DNA from: Bugula neritina
Lineage: Eukaryota; Animalia; Bryozoa
NCBI GenBank assembly: GCA_964035545.1
Contig: OZ037766.1
Coordinates: 6,004,722-6,068,721 of the forward strand
Length of the DNA: 64,000 nt
Direction of reading: 5' to 3'
Below the pieces are notes generated by a model. It was not told where the DNA came from. It did no database searches and saw only the letters and a program-made list of their open reading frames with translations. Positions 24,501 through 39,500 of this stretch are shown piece by piece. A program made the translations under genes and the position numbers. Position 1 is the first letter of the stretch. Every line of letters begins with the position of its first letter.

Positions 24501-27500
24501 CACTAACAGTTTCTGAATTTTTATAACCTCACATTTTGTTTGAAAAGCTTATGGAAGTTTCTAGTCTCAAACTTCTAAACTTGACAATTCAACAAATAAA
24601 ACTAGAAACAAGAAATTACATACATGCAGACAATTTGTAAGCCAACACTGCTTCTGTTAGATTAAAGTCCAGGGGTGTCCAACCTTTTCAGACCGAGGGC
24701 CAGTCTGCAAGTTTCAGCTTGAGCTGGGGGCCACGACATCTTTTTCGTTTTTAAAATAAATTTTCAAGATTCATTAAACATCTGCAGGCCATATGCATTG
24801 TAATTATAAGCGAGGGCTAGGCTTTGCATGTTTATTAAAATTATAACATATTTGAATAGATATATATTATTTATATGTGTATGTGTGTATATATGCAATT
24901 AATTAAAATAGGTAAACAAGAAACATTTCATTTTTATTACTTTAATAATCAATAATTAGATATGCATTTATGTTTGTGCATAAGAAATTATACATATATA
25001 TTCATACAAAGTATATATTCATGATTGTACATGCAAATTTAAACAAGATGTGCCAGTGCTAAGAGTCTGTACTCATATCAGTATAGTTATATTTTACAAC
25101 CATCAGTGAAACACTTGTGAGTACACAGCGAGTACTGTTTGCCTTGAACCATTATGTTAATATCTGGTTTCGTATTAGAACATATTATAACCCTTAGTTG
25201 CTGGACTAAGTGCTGACTAGTGAGTGAAGTGTAGTATTTATTTTGTGTATCTCATTTGACTGAAAATTGAAAGCTCAGAGTTCAAACCTTCAAGCTATCT
25301 CAGTGCAGTGCAGCATCTAACAAGCAGTCAAAGGTCAAAAGTCAAAGGTCAAAGATCGAGGCGATCACAAATCCCAAATAATTTCAGTACATACTCGCAC
25401 AAAATTCATTATAAAACAAAATTGTTTAGGCATTTAACCTTAAAACAGTATGTAAATGAAAACGAACATATACACAATAATATTTTGGTACTGCATAAGT
25501 GAAGTGTGTCAGGGATTCTTCAACTACTTATCTTTCACAATACAATCAATAAAAGTGAGATCTCAGTTATACTTTCAAAAAAGTCTTGTCTCTATATGGC
25601 CTGTCCTGATTAAATGTCTTTGAAATACCTGTCTGCGCAGGATAGCTAAGGGCAACTTTTTAGCTGCAACTGCCTTGCTGAGGTTTGCATTGTAACTGTG
25701 TAAAAATTCAGTACCAGTAAAAACAATCTTATTTAATTGAAGGCTACTAGAATCAAAATTTAAAAACTATGGTGTGGATCTTATTTTTTCTCAGTGCAGC
25801 TTTTTTGGAATTTTTTCATTCTTTTGTAAAGTTATAGAAAAAAACTGCACATTTTTGGCTAATTTTGCCTCAAAAGTTTATTTTTGTAGTACCAGTATAA
25901 TATCTTAGCAGGAAATCATGATATCTGAATAAAAAAAGCAACGACTTTTAGATTTTATATTAATTGTGGATTTATGCACGGGAAATGGTATATTTCTTTT
26001 CAAGTAGTAAACGCTGTGCATCAATTCACACTTCAGTGAACGCGTAGAGATGAGCATATAATATAGGGGTCTGCATTACTATAAGTCACAGGCTTGCTAG
26101 CTAACAGACTATAATGACTAGCTTGCTGTTATTGGTTGTAGTTTGATCTCAGGCTAAACAATGACAAGTAGGCAACACGCATGCCACCCACAGAACAATA
26201 TTGTAGAAGAATTTAAACTACATTTTAATAGAAATTCTTAGTGGGATGCTTTCAACTATCCTATGTGCTGCTGTTTCAGGCTAGCTAGCAAATTTGATGA
26301 ACAAAAATTTGTAACTTGCTATACCTTTGGGGGGCCACACAAATATAGCTGGAGGGCCGGATCCGGCCCGCGGGCCGCCTGTTGGACAGCCCTGGATTAA
26401 ACCATAATTAATAAAAGGTGCGGCCATGCTTGAATTCACACAAAACCTAAGACGCCAAAGATCAAGTTAAGCAACCATCAGTGTAAATATAGTATTACAA
26501 AACTGTGCAAAGTAAATTGCAATTGAAAGCTTTGAAATTGCTCTTTGCTCTCTCTACAACTGTTTGCTTTAGAAAAAGTAGCTTGTTTACTATGAAAGCA
26601 AGATTAGGCACACAAATACCGCGCTTTTTAAACTCAAGCGTCATGTTTCTAGTATATTGCTCAGTACTTTTAGCGTGGCTTCATAGTAGTGTAATGTATA
26701 GACTCATTTCAGAATGAATCAACGGTTTGCATTGACAAGCAATGTATGTACCTACTATAACTTAAAACGCATTGATAGTGTTAATGTCACTCTTGGCCAA
26801 TGTTATCAAAACTAATCTTGGCAAAATAAACTGTATGTATGCTACATCTTGTTTGTTTTAACCTGCATTTGTTGTTTTTGTTGAGAGCATTATGTAGCTT
26901 ATAATATTCATTTGATTGCAGGGAAGTATGTGTATATCTTTGCTTATAGGACGGAGTTCTAGCTAAATGCAGCACTTAGCAACAATAAAAGCCTGCCATT
27001 TTAGGGTGTTCTTATGAAAAGCAGCGTCATCTTATGACATCACCATTTTAAAAAGCAATCTTGATCAAAACATTGCAAATGTTCCGTGTTTAAAATTGTC
27101 CAATTATAATTACCCATTTTTAGAACCATTGCACTCCAATTGGCTAATAACTGTGCAGAAAATTTTCTAAACAGAATACACACGTGAACTATAGCTTTTG
27201 TCAGTAAGTTTTAACATGCAGCTGTATTTCCTCCCTCCTTCCCCAAAAAAATCCCCCTCAGTGTTAAGAAATTCTTTTGCAACAGGAAGTTATAGGTACA
27301 ACCGGGTCAAGTGAATAACTGATATAATCTTTGAGTGGGATTGGCATGGTACTCAGTAGTTTATAGGCTATTTTACAAAAGGTATTTACACAAAATAAAA
27401 TACTAACCTCATCAGATACTATGACTGAAGAGGAACTGGGTTGTCACAAACATGAATTGCTTTAAACATCGTAAGCATCCAGGTTATTTTGATAAAATCA

Positions 27501-30500
27501 ATTACTGTTAATTAAAAGATCATACTTTTTTAGTAGCATTCACAAAATATATACAAAAAATCTCAACTCAATATACCAGAAAAAATGAATTAAAATATAT
27601 GTGTTAATAGCACTGATATTGACGTGACCGTGGCACATGAAAAATCTGAAAAAAGAGTTGTCTTCTTTTTTTCTATATTAATATATAGAGCTTGTCGTGA
27701 AAATAAAGATTTTTTTAAAAAAATATTGTGACCCTCTGGTAACTTCCTGAATTTAGAAAATTAACTCATATATTTCTTTTCATGTGGACAACAGCTCACT
27801 TTTTTTTAAATTTATTTTGAAGCTCTTTTCGTAAAAAATAATCAAAAGTAAAAAATCCAAAATTTTTACAAATTGGTTCGGGGCTTGACGTGAAAGGCAT
27901 TTGGACGAAGATGTCAAGGTCACCATTAATAAATTTATTTCATCACAATTCACAATACTGCACGGAAAGTTAATGAAGTGAGCTGAAAATTAGGTTGCTA
28001 GCATATTGATATACATTATATTGATTGTTGCAGTATTATTTTTGAAATTTGTTTTGTTATCAGTTATGTTTAACTTCTTCATAGAGCTGCTGTTAGACTA
28101 AGAGTAAGACATAATATTAGCAACAATGATAATATTAATAATAATAATAATATTTATATTAAATTAAAATTATTATTAAATTCACGGTGAAGTATCACTA
28201 TCACTATGAGTATGAGTATCGTATAAATTAATTATGAGTATGAGTATCACTATGACATTAACTCAATCAATGATTGACTATTACTATGAATATGAATATG
28301 GCTTCTAATTCTTGTAACTTTTGACTATGACGATGCTGATACTGATAGTGATAATCACTGCCAGCCCAAGTCTCATACTCATAGTGATACTATTAGTATT
28401 AATAATTAGTATTACTATTAGTACAACTACTAGTATTACTCATAGTTCTGATAATGATGCAGATGATAGTTTTAAAAGTTCTACTTCTACTTTTATAGTA
28501 AGCTAGATTGTATATGTTGAGCTCTACTCATTTTTTACTACTAATTTGCTAATACTAATACTAATAGTAATAGTAATACTAATAATAGTTATAGTTGTTA
28601 TAATGATAGTAATACTAATAGTAATAATAACTATTTCAATTTGATAATTTATGTTTTATAACAGCATTATCGCTTATCATTTACATTGGTTCATAATATG
28701 CTTATTTTAATTTTGCTTTGTGTGTTTTGTCATGTTGTAAATTTAAGTTCGTATGGTTATTTAATGAACTAGAGAACTAGCCAAATGTTATGTAACGGTT
28801 GCAGTAATTTACTATAAACTCAGTGAAATTTAAAACCTAATTGATATTACTATGACATTGATTGTACAGAGGTAGCTAAAATATACATTAAATTACCAAT
28901 AATTTTAATTCGCCAATACACTATGAGTAGAACAATCAAATGCAATGATAGAAAATTAATTAGTCATAGCAGCCCGTTGCTTGAGGAACATTGAGCTACA
29001 GGTCTAAAATGATGTAGTTTTGTGATCCCTTATATAACAAAATAATTTTTTCAAACTGGTTTAATACTTTTATTATAAACACGCTTATCAAAGTAACATG
29101 TTTTTGATGTATATTCTATTAAAAAAGCAATCACATCAGGTTTTCAATTTGTATGTTGTACAAAGTTTATTATGGTGACAAGTTACTAAATTATATGGTT
29201 CAGCTTTGTAAAGTAAAGCTGATAAAATAAAAACAATTATGTGATTGTTTTACTGCTATATATTAAATTTAAATGAGTTGAATAATATCCTAGTGCAGTG
29301 AATTAGATATTTTTTTAGCTTTGGTACACCTGTTTGTTATAGGCTAACATTCCACCAATAGAAGAATGGTGCAAGTAGAAGAAATTTCAGGCGCAGAAAG
29401 CTAAGGAGCAGTCGGAATGCTGCCAGAGTTGTGAAGAGGCACTTGAAAAAGCTGAATTTCAATAATGACATGAAATTCGTAACAGATCACCCTGGTGTAT
29501 TTGAACTGACATGGCCAGCAGAGTTCTCGAAGTCACATACAACAGCTATTTACATCATCATGGTTAGCTTAAATTTAATTCCTATATCAGTCTCTAATAT
29601 ATAGTTTGATATCTGCTGTAAATTTGCTTAAGGAGCATACACATAACCAAAACTGAGTTACACTATAGTATTTGTTCTTGAATATATTTACCAAGATAAG
29701 TAGATTTGCTAATTCATTAACAGTAAAATTATAATGATACAACAATTTTTCTTTTAGATGATTCAATCAATAACACAAGACACTACAACATGGTTTTGCA
29801 GTTATAGAGTATTAATTTTCTGGCTCTTTCCAAATCTTCAGAGAAGGCAAAGAAAACCACTGTCAGCTTGCCTTTATAACTGAGTGCACGCGTCTTCCAC
29901 CTACAGATGATGATAAACAATTTGCTGGTGTGGAACTTTCTAATTTTGTTTACAATGAAGATAGATTATAGGACATTATTCTTTATGTAAAGATTGTCAA
30001 GTTTTGTTATAATTAAGAACAGTTTTAGTTTCAATAAATCGGTTCAACATTATGGACATCATTGCACAAGCATTTTAATCTTTACTATCTACAAAGGTAT
30101 CTGATGGACTACTTGAAAATACAAAACTATGCTCCAGATACACAATGAACTGACCAGCAAAGTTAAAATGAGTTGGAGATGTAGAACATAATATCTTGTT
30201 CAAGGCTTTTCCCTGCTGTTGGAACCTTCTACTTCAGAACACTGAATTGAACAAACATATGTAGATGTATGAAACTTTGCAAACAATAATAATGTGAAAT
30301 TAGTTGCTAAGTATTACATTGCTAATAAATACAGCATTGTGTAATGTTTTATTTAATTTTTTTTGAGCCATTTGATCTATAGGCCTGCATAGTATTTACT
30401 ATATTATAACTAATAAATTGCAGACACATTATGTCAGACCAGTTTCCATTTAAATAGAATCGTGTAGGCTATCAAATTTGTAGAAGTAAAAAACCGAATT

Positions 30501-33500
30501 CTTATTGAGTAAAATACTTGCCTTTTTTTTCATGATGCCTCTACTGCTAAAAAGAGAAGTTTTTATCAATACAGCTCCATCAATCTGTATCCTGATGAAG
30601 CTAGTAGTTTAGGAACATTTGTGGCGGGGAGTGTAGGCTGAGCTGCAGTATAGGAAGAACCCCAACATATGTAATCTATTCAGCACATTATATGTATATT
30701 TATTCAAAAAAGAATTTAGAAAACGCTTTATGAAGCATGAACAAAGTAAAAATTAATGCTGGTGAAAGTAATATTATTACACCCATTAGAATTACTAGCA
30801 GCTATAGCATTAAAATTATGTATTTTCATAAAAATGTGTCTAATTTATGCTACAAAGTTATTACTGCCAAAGGTTACAAAATTTACCAGTCACATTCATG
30901 CAGCTGGCGGAGAATAACTAACTTTCACATGCAATAAATACAATTAGTAGCTCAATCTAAAACTAATGCGCTATTAAATGTTAGGAGTATAAGTTATAGT
31001 TATTTTAAGGAATAATTGCAAAAAAGTTACTTAGAGGAATTTAACTCTTATTATAATGTAATTATCTTCCAAGATATATTACAACATCACTACTTGGATG
31101 CATACAATGTCATATTTATATTGGCATCAACATAATTTTCAATAATTTCCAATCTATTAACTTGAGCATTATGATTGTGATTATTTTATAAATAAGGCGA
31201 TGATTAGGCACTGTTGGTATTTTGGTTCAATTTATTAATAGCTGTAACAGGCAGAGTTGTAAATATAATGGATATATCAAAATTCCAATGGGTATAGTAC
31301 TCTAACACAACATTGATACTAATAATTGTAGCCACTTACTCTTAGAGTTAGTGAATAATGATACAGTCATAACAATCTGAATTTCAATCAGCATTAGAGA
31401 TAGGCTGACTGCTTTATAATATTATAGTTATGTCAAATTGAATTTATTCACTATAACTATAAAATTTATGATTATAATTATAAATTAAAATAATTTAAAT
31501 ATTATATAATATATTGATAATTATTGGAATCATAATTATATTTATTGTTATGATCATTATGATTATAATGATTTAATATTATCTTTGTTTGTATTTAAAG
31601 TTGTTCCTTAAATTTAAAGTTGTTTAAGTTTTATAAATTTATTATAATTATATTACTGTATAAGTATTGCTATTAGTATTAGTATAATTAAATTATTATA
31701 ATTTATATTTTATTATTTATATTATTATTTATTTTACTTTTTATTTTAAGACCAGCAGTTCAAATTAATACTTGTGTCGTTTGTTTTATATTATAACTTA
31801 CAAGTATAACTATTAACATAATAATTTTACATTTGTTATTAGTATTACTATGAATATAAATATTTATATTAATATAAATATAGCTATTGGTATAACTTAT
31901 ACTTATAGTTATAACTAATATTATAAGTATTAGTTTCGAAACTGATTCTGCTCCGTAACTGATACTGTCATATGATTATCATTATGACTGATAATAGTAT
32001 TAATAAATATAACCATTGAATATTATTAATAATAGTTCACCAATAGGCGACAGTCATAGACTTAGAGTTAGAGTGAGAGTCATAGACATAGACTAGTGAT
32101 ACTCATAGTCATAGTCATACTGATACTGTGATTCAGTTTCACTGATTCAGTTACAAATTTCAAAACTTGGTTTTACGTAGACAACTACTAACCTATAATT
32201 CATCACAAAACGGTTGAAAATCATCATTTACTGCATATTTAAGAGTAATTTTCTGGTAGTGTGGTCGACATGATAATTGAAATTAAAATAGGGAAAATAA
32301 TTATTTTGTGATTTACAGCAAGTTACAAACTAGCGAAATGGAATAGTCCATTTGAAAACAGTCAAATTAGTTACCTTTCTTGATGTTGCGTAGCTAACGT
32401 TAGTTATTAGTAGCCGCCCGAAGAGTAACATTCATGTGATTTGAACTACGAATAACGAGAATCTGTGACAAACCCGCTTCTTAATAACTTTACGCGATAT
32501 AAACTCACGCTACAATAGGGCTATTTTGCCATCCCCACGTCAGAATAGGACACGGAGGGCACGCTCGCGGGCAAGTCTGGGCAAGTCCAAGACACCTAAT
32601 ATGACCACTTTTACTTACATTTTTGTAGTGTTTTCGTATAAGAAATTGGATAAAATGCTGATAAAACAGTTGAAAAGCATGCAAACTTTTGCTCAAATGT
32701 AATAAATAACCTGGAAGCTTACCGCCTTTAACTATCAAAGTTTTGGCAATATTTTGTAGAAACATGTTAGAATATTTGGCAGTTACATCAACACCACAAT
32801 CACAAGAGTTCAAACTCAACCAACTATGTCGAGTTCTATTAATCCTGGGTAAGTTATATTTTCGAAATCACTTATGCACATTGTTGACTAGGCAAACTTA
32901 CTGTTTGTCTTCAATAACCTTTGAGTAGCGAAGTACACCCCTGACAAATAGTGCTCCTGCGTCCATGAAGTCCTGCTGATTGTAGTGTCGTGACCCTTGT
33001 CTGAAAATGAATAATTCATGTAACATTTTAGCCTTGCTTTATTTTCTATATTGGATTTATGTCTCTTAGTTGTGAATAGAAGTTGTTGATATCAAAAACC
33101 ATAAATCAGTGTTCATGATTATTGAGATAGCCTAACTTCTTTAAATTTCTTTATAACTTTTGGTTTGGAGACATTGGTTGAAATTCTTGCGAGAATACAA
33201 CTTCTTTTCCTACATTTCTAATCTAAAACACAGGCTTTTCTCAATTTCTTCATGACTGCGCCTACACCTCAATTAGGCTGCTTCTCAAATCAGCAAACTT
33301 ACACACCTTGAATGATTGGTATTATTTTGCAATCTGATAATATATTATTGCATACCCATATATGCTACATATGCACTATAACAAGGACATTATTGTACGT
33401 AGGTTAATTATAGAAATTAAATTCAGTTGAGTTTGTCAGAAGTATTTTGGCAGGTAAACTTACTGATCAATCTTAGTGCCAGAGAATGTGGCTTCCATTG

Positions 33501-36500
33501 TGAAGCTGTTGATGATTTGGTGCTGTCTATACATGACTACTCTGCCAGTCGACTCTTTACACTTTCTTATTGAAAATCGAGATGATTCAAAGTTAAACAT
33601 ATCTGGGTCCTATAAAATGTAAAAAAGAAACTTATTTTTTATAATTCCATTGACTGTGTATAGAAAAGTGCTATTCTATGAATTTATTATAAAGGGGCTA
33701 GGTCTAATATAATATAAATTAAACCTGGCTATACAACTGTTCTTCAACAGTTGTGAAACTGAAAAGGTTTTTTCTTAATTTATAAAGTTTTTTTACAAAT
33801 TAGATACTCAAATTCCCAATGTTCGGCCATGGCAGCATGGGTTCTGTGATTCAAGAAAGACAAGGTATATGGGAGGGTTGTATTACCTCACATTATGATA
33901 GAGTAGTTAGAACATAGGTAAATTTCTAACATACTAGTTGTGATATGATGAAGGGTAGCATTCGCTCATTGAGGAAGTCTTTTACTGTGCTGTCTGGGTC
34001 ATTTCCTTTGAAGTCGTTGCTATTGCTGTTTCCATACATGAAGACATTTGACTTTCTGCTATGGCCATGGAAGTCACAGTATACAAATACCTGTTGTGAA
34101 ACATATTATAGATAGTCTACAACTGGAATAGTATCCATAGTACTACAGGTTTTATCTTTTATTAAAAGAGTTTGGTCGCTTTTTAAATAGTATGTTATGG
34201 ATTGGCGTAGGTAGCAGCTGAATGACCACTAATTTAGAAAGTATGTGGCTCTACCCTTACACAAGCTAAAACCCAAGCTGTCTGCTCTACATTACTATCC
34301 GTTTGGATCATTAAAAGCTGTTTTCATTCAATCTATACAGTAAGATAGAAAGAATCTAAGCTTTTAAACTGTAGTTAAAAAATTCCAGGTTTAAAAATTA
34401 TGTCGGTACATGCAGTGGTAGTTCTAGTGATATACATGTAGTAGTGGTGATGTATATGCAGTGATAGTTTTATAAATATTTTGATAGGGATGTACATGCA
34501 ATGCTAATGGTATGCTTTGTCCAAATATATTTGTTACGTACATCTGTTTCTTGCTGAATTGACGCAACGAGTTGTTTAACATGCCATATGGTAGGGAATC
34601 TTTCAACACGAGGCCATCTGTAGTTTCTGTTCAAATCCTTTGCTTGCAGGGAGCATCGATAGTTGCCTACTATAACTCCATCTGGGTTAAGCATGGGAAT
34701 AATTTTGAACACAAAGTGGTCTCGTAACTCCTAAAATTGTTATAATAGATGTAGTTATATGCAAAAATGCGTGTTTTAGATTTTTTGCAGTTGCTGTATT
34801 AAGAAAGAGTGTTTTGCATGTATTGTTATATATCATATAGCATGCCATAGGAACTATATATAGGTTTTTATTATAATATAGTGACATGATACTAATAGCT
34901 TTATACTTTGTTGTATAAAAATAAAATACAAAAATTAATTGCATTGAATTTTAATTCCTTAGGGATTGTTTGTATACTCTTTTCAAACTGATAATTTCTT
35001 AAACATGGATAACTTAATGATGCACAATGCTATAGCATGTCTACCTTTGCATCTGGGTGGTCACTGACTAGAAAATCATATAGGCCTTTCATCATCCAAC
35101 TGGAGTTGCTTTCTCCTGGATGAACTCTAGCTGACACTACCACACACTTTTTATTGCAGTGATTCTTTGCTGCATAAATATAAGAACGAAATTTATTGTT
35201 TAATTCTATGCACTTAATTTACCTGAATTCTGAGAAGACAACTCTAAATTATATATTGACCGTATAAGCCTATTACGTATTACTTGTTAGCATATAATAT
35301 CAAATTACAAGTTACAAAAGAGCAGGTGGGAAAAAATAAAAAGAACTTTGGATCACACAAAGCTTTTGTATATAGTAGTTCATTCTTAAACAAGTGTTAC
35401 TTTATATTCTTACCAAAGTTTGTAATAGTTAGCAGATAACAGGGATGGCCAGCCCTTGTTTCACACATTACTTCCTGTCGAACATAAGACTTGTAATCCT
35501 CGTTGGATAAAAGTAGTGCAATGTCATTTTTGAGATCAGTGTGTGAGAATGGGTAGCAGTGTGCGAGGTAACACGTGTCATTAGTATAAGGGAACTCCAT
35601 CTGCCATTCTAGCTCGTAGTAGGCCATCTCTCGACTTAGCAGAGGGCTCAGAAGGTGCTGGATGTTTCGTCCATAGCTTTGAAAAGTAAATATCCAGGTG
35701 GGAGGTTATTAAAAAAAGTGGAGTAACCAATCATATAAATACTATCTACTTTAACATGTATGCATATCGGTAAGTATCTTATAACTACGCATAATTAGAT
35801 TATTGCACATATTTTGTTTAAATGGAAGAAACTTTTTTTAAAAAATTCAAACATTATTCCGAAAAACTTTTAGCTTTTACTTATGCTTAAAATCTAAATA
35901 TCAACTAGAAGTTTATGAGCTGCTCTAGTAGCTTATTTTTTATAAACCCTTTGCTTATCTACCCTTATAAATAAACTAATTTTACCATATATGGTGACCG
36001 TGCCTGATCCAGCCTTGAGTTTGTTCAATAGCCTTACGTTCTGAGTAGAACAGGGGCCTCATTCCTACAACATATAGAGATTATCAGCAAATACACTTGA
36101 AGCATTTTGTTACTTACAGATCATAAGTTATATAGAATTTCTCAATACTTTGGTGAGATACTTTGGCTTTATAGTACCTTGTAAGTCTAATAGTTTGACA
36201 TTCTTTCCTTATTAATTAAAAAATTTCTAGCAGCCCACATACATCGGTCCGTATATTTAAGAATGCCTAACTATAAAAGGAACAAAGTTTCAGTTTATCT
36301 TGTCAATTGGTGATAAGCTAATCTTCCATTTCTTAGAAAAACACTTCATAATCAACCCTTACCATAATTATACAAGGAGTCTTTTTTGAGCAGATTTACT
36401 ATCCTGAACTTATATATGATTCCTGGAACCATGTTCTGCACTCGGAAGTAGAACCACTGGGTGTGTCTTTTTGTAAACATGTCTGTCTTTAGCACCAGTT

Positions 36501-39500
36501 CATACTCAAACTGTCCCCTGTGTATAGCATGTGTCATAATACAGGTTCTATTTTGCATAATTAGCTATAAAGACCTTCAAAGATAGTTGAATCTGAAAAA
36601 AAATTAGCTCAGCACTTTTGCAAAGCAAATATTGGAGAAAACTTGCGTATTAATATATTTGATAATTCATTAAATGTGCTTGTCAATAGTTGCAGAATTA
36701 TTATCAGTTGCTGATGGAAAAATATATTTAATAATATTATGTTACGCTGAATCAATTTTGCAATTTCTCGAAGATGTTACCGAATTGTTGCTATCACTGC
36801 AATAAGTTGTAGCATTTAGCAAGTGTGAATGATATGCAAGACTTGTGAATCGAAATGGAAAGCAAAGAATTTACTTTGAATAATTTTGAGCAGAGATTAC
36901 TTTTAGAGAAGACAACTTCAGTATCCTGCCAAATGCTTAGTTATTGTATTCTTTATGTCACATTTTTAGTTACACAAATTTTCTGAATAAATTCTTTTCA
37001 ACATTTTAGTCATTTTCTCAAGTCTCAATTTTGCCAGAATTGAAGTGCTAATTTTCCAGTATATAATAGATCTAGTATAAAACCATAGTAGTAAAATAGT
37101 ATATTATGTTATATCAAAAAGCAACACGTTTTATCAACACATGGAGCAGTATATTATTGCATATTGCATTACTATATTATAATAATAATGCATGTTAAAT
37201 AGTCATTAACTTACACTCTTCTAGCCTGTCTCAAGTTCCCACATTCAAATCTTGCTTCAAAAACTAGATTTGGGGCTATCAGAGGGTTGCTTGGTGTTTC
37301 AACTTTCTGCTTCTTTGGGGACTTTTGTGAGTCATACACAACTCCCGACCCCCTCAGTTTATGAGTAAATTGAGTCACCTGATTCTCGTAGGTTCTAGCA
37401 CCAATAACTGCAATCATGAGAAGATTACTCCAAAAATTACATAGACTTGTTTAATTCAAATTTTTATCAGTTAAAATGAGCTGCTTGTACTTATAAGAGA
37501 TACAGAGCTTATGCAACCTTGTGCATATATTACTTTAGTTTGAAGCAAAAGACCACTGCTCTAATCTATTTGTCTAGAAAAGTTTTTAATAATGAGGGTG
37601 GGCTGCACTAAACTGTATAATAACTTAGTGGATAAGGGCTTAGGGCTTAGGCCTTAGGGTATCTTACTTAAAAGAATTGGTTGAAGCGTCACCATTTGTC
37701 TGATGATGCAGTAACTAAATCGCTACACTAGCTAGCACTGCACTACAGTAAGAAAACAATTTGTTATATGGAGCTTCTGCTTATCATCAAGATAGATTGT
37801 GCTATTGTTTCTTACCATATTTAATAGAAGTATAAAGTGGCTCTGGGTCCTTTGGTATAATATGTAAATGTAGAGGGTGTGGTAGCAGAGGTACCAGGGA
37901 ATTGGCATCAAATGATGTCAGTGATGTGTTTTCCACCACTCCAAAACTACACAATATAGAACTTACTTCTAATATATAAATACACATATAAAAAATAGAT
38001 TAAGCTTTTAAGAAATAGAGTTCATATCTCCTAAGAATCTTTAGCTAAATGACTCCATGCTGCTTTAATTGATGCTCTCATAAAGTATACAAGTTTTGAG
38101 AAAACCATGGCTTTTTCTATATTATAAAGGTCGTAAATTTTTTAGACACAAGATATGAAATTATATATAGCTTACTGGTGAAGATTTAGAGATTTTTCTC
38201 GTGGTTCAAAAAACTGATACTGTCTACTAGAATCTTGATTCACTTTCTCTTCTGACTCATCTATGGGTTCTTCTTCAATCACATCAGCAATTGCCTTCTC
38301 TAGCCTCCACCCCTCGTCAACATATAGTCTACTTTTCAGTTTAGATATTTCTTCTTGCTGTCGCTTGTGATAGAATTCTTCACTGAAGTCTAAGTGTGCA
38401 TTGAGGTCTTCTTGCTCAGGCCTTCAGATAATTCCAATAAGAAACTTTTTAAAACTGCACCTGTTCTTAAATTAAGGAGATAAGAGTGAAATTGTGTATA
38501 TAATACAACTGCAGAGTCAAAATCTTGCATCACTTTAATAAAAAAAAAACTAGTGCAAGTGCTATAAAACTATGCTATTCAACAGTTTTACTGCCAATTA
38601 TAGCTAAAAGTTATATAATAACTTCAAACGTTTGACTACTAATTTAACATGGTGACACTTGTATCTCAAGACTATAAAATAAATTCAAACATCAGACTAT
38701 AAAACAGCATGACTAATACTTTAAATTGGCTATTTACTCTCTTCTTGCAGCTTCTTGTCGTTTGCGGATTCTTTCTAAGGGAGGCGTCTCGGGCAAAGCC
38801 TCGGCAACTCTCTTTGCTAACTCGTCTTCCATTTTCTTACGAATGAGATCTTTCCATTTATTCTCTTCTTCAAGTTCTTCATCTTCGTCTTCTGCAGAAC
38901 ATTGTAGGAAGTCAGATGAGTTTACATTTGGACGGTGAACTTATGAGTCAGGGAGATTACTGCTACTGCTACATTGAATTCTAGACTATGAAGGGTCTTG
39001 GCTAAAGCAATAATGTTTTACTTAAATGATAAAACTGATAGTGACGGCAATGAAACATTAATGATGGTATACAATTAATGTTGCATAACTCATATTTTCA
39101 AAATAGCGAAAATAATTTCATAACATTTTTATATCTCTATTCATAAGGGTAGCTCTATATATTACCAATAAGCTTATAGAGGTTGCATAATAGATCAATG
39201 AAAGCTCTCTATTGTGTCTCGTAGCAACTCGTAGTTAAAACTCTTAGTTTTTCAAAGCATCATAACAGCAATTAAACGTTGTATTCCACTTTTATTAGAC
39301 TGAAGTACAAACTGTGAGTTACTTAAGCTATCGCAGCTGTAATTGCACTAAATAGTAATTTAATAGAAAATGGTTTTTTAGCAATTTAAAGAAAACGTTT
39401 ATAAAATTGCTAGCTATAGCTATAAACAGCAGCTGCTAGAGTAAATCATTTTAGACATTCATTCTGTATAAATAAATTATAACTAGCTTTTATTATTGGC

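Larger units (their letters stand above)
27466..32727 (-). mobile_element. Kolobok-type DNA transposon, non-autonomous, copy 1 (~5.26 kb), inside the AGBL intron 23226-32901
   Basis: TTAA on both sides (27462-27465, 32728-32731). TIR: left ACATCGTAAGCATCCAGGTTATTT; right (revcomp) AGGCGGTAAGCTTCCAGGTTATTT. TTAA plus an AGG terminus, with convergent KolX-like and transposase remnants. Collinear with 41065-46403. Confidence 0.88.

Noticed and set aside
28321-28506. Hydrophobic signal-peptide-like ORF
   Set aside because: It arises from the 3-bp-periodic tract, and the equivalent region of copy 2 has frame-disrupting indels.
27466-32727. piggyBac assignment based on the TTAA TSD
   Set aside because: The termini start with A/AGG rather than CC, and the internal remnants are KolX- and Kolobok-like.
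32505-32819. ORF repeated at 46181-46372 (CPRACPPCP)
   Set aside because: It runs across the transposon terminus; the similarity only reflects the duplicated TIR and subterminal DNA.
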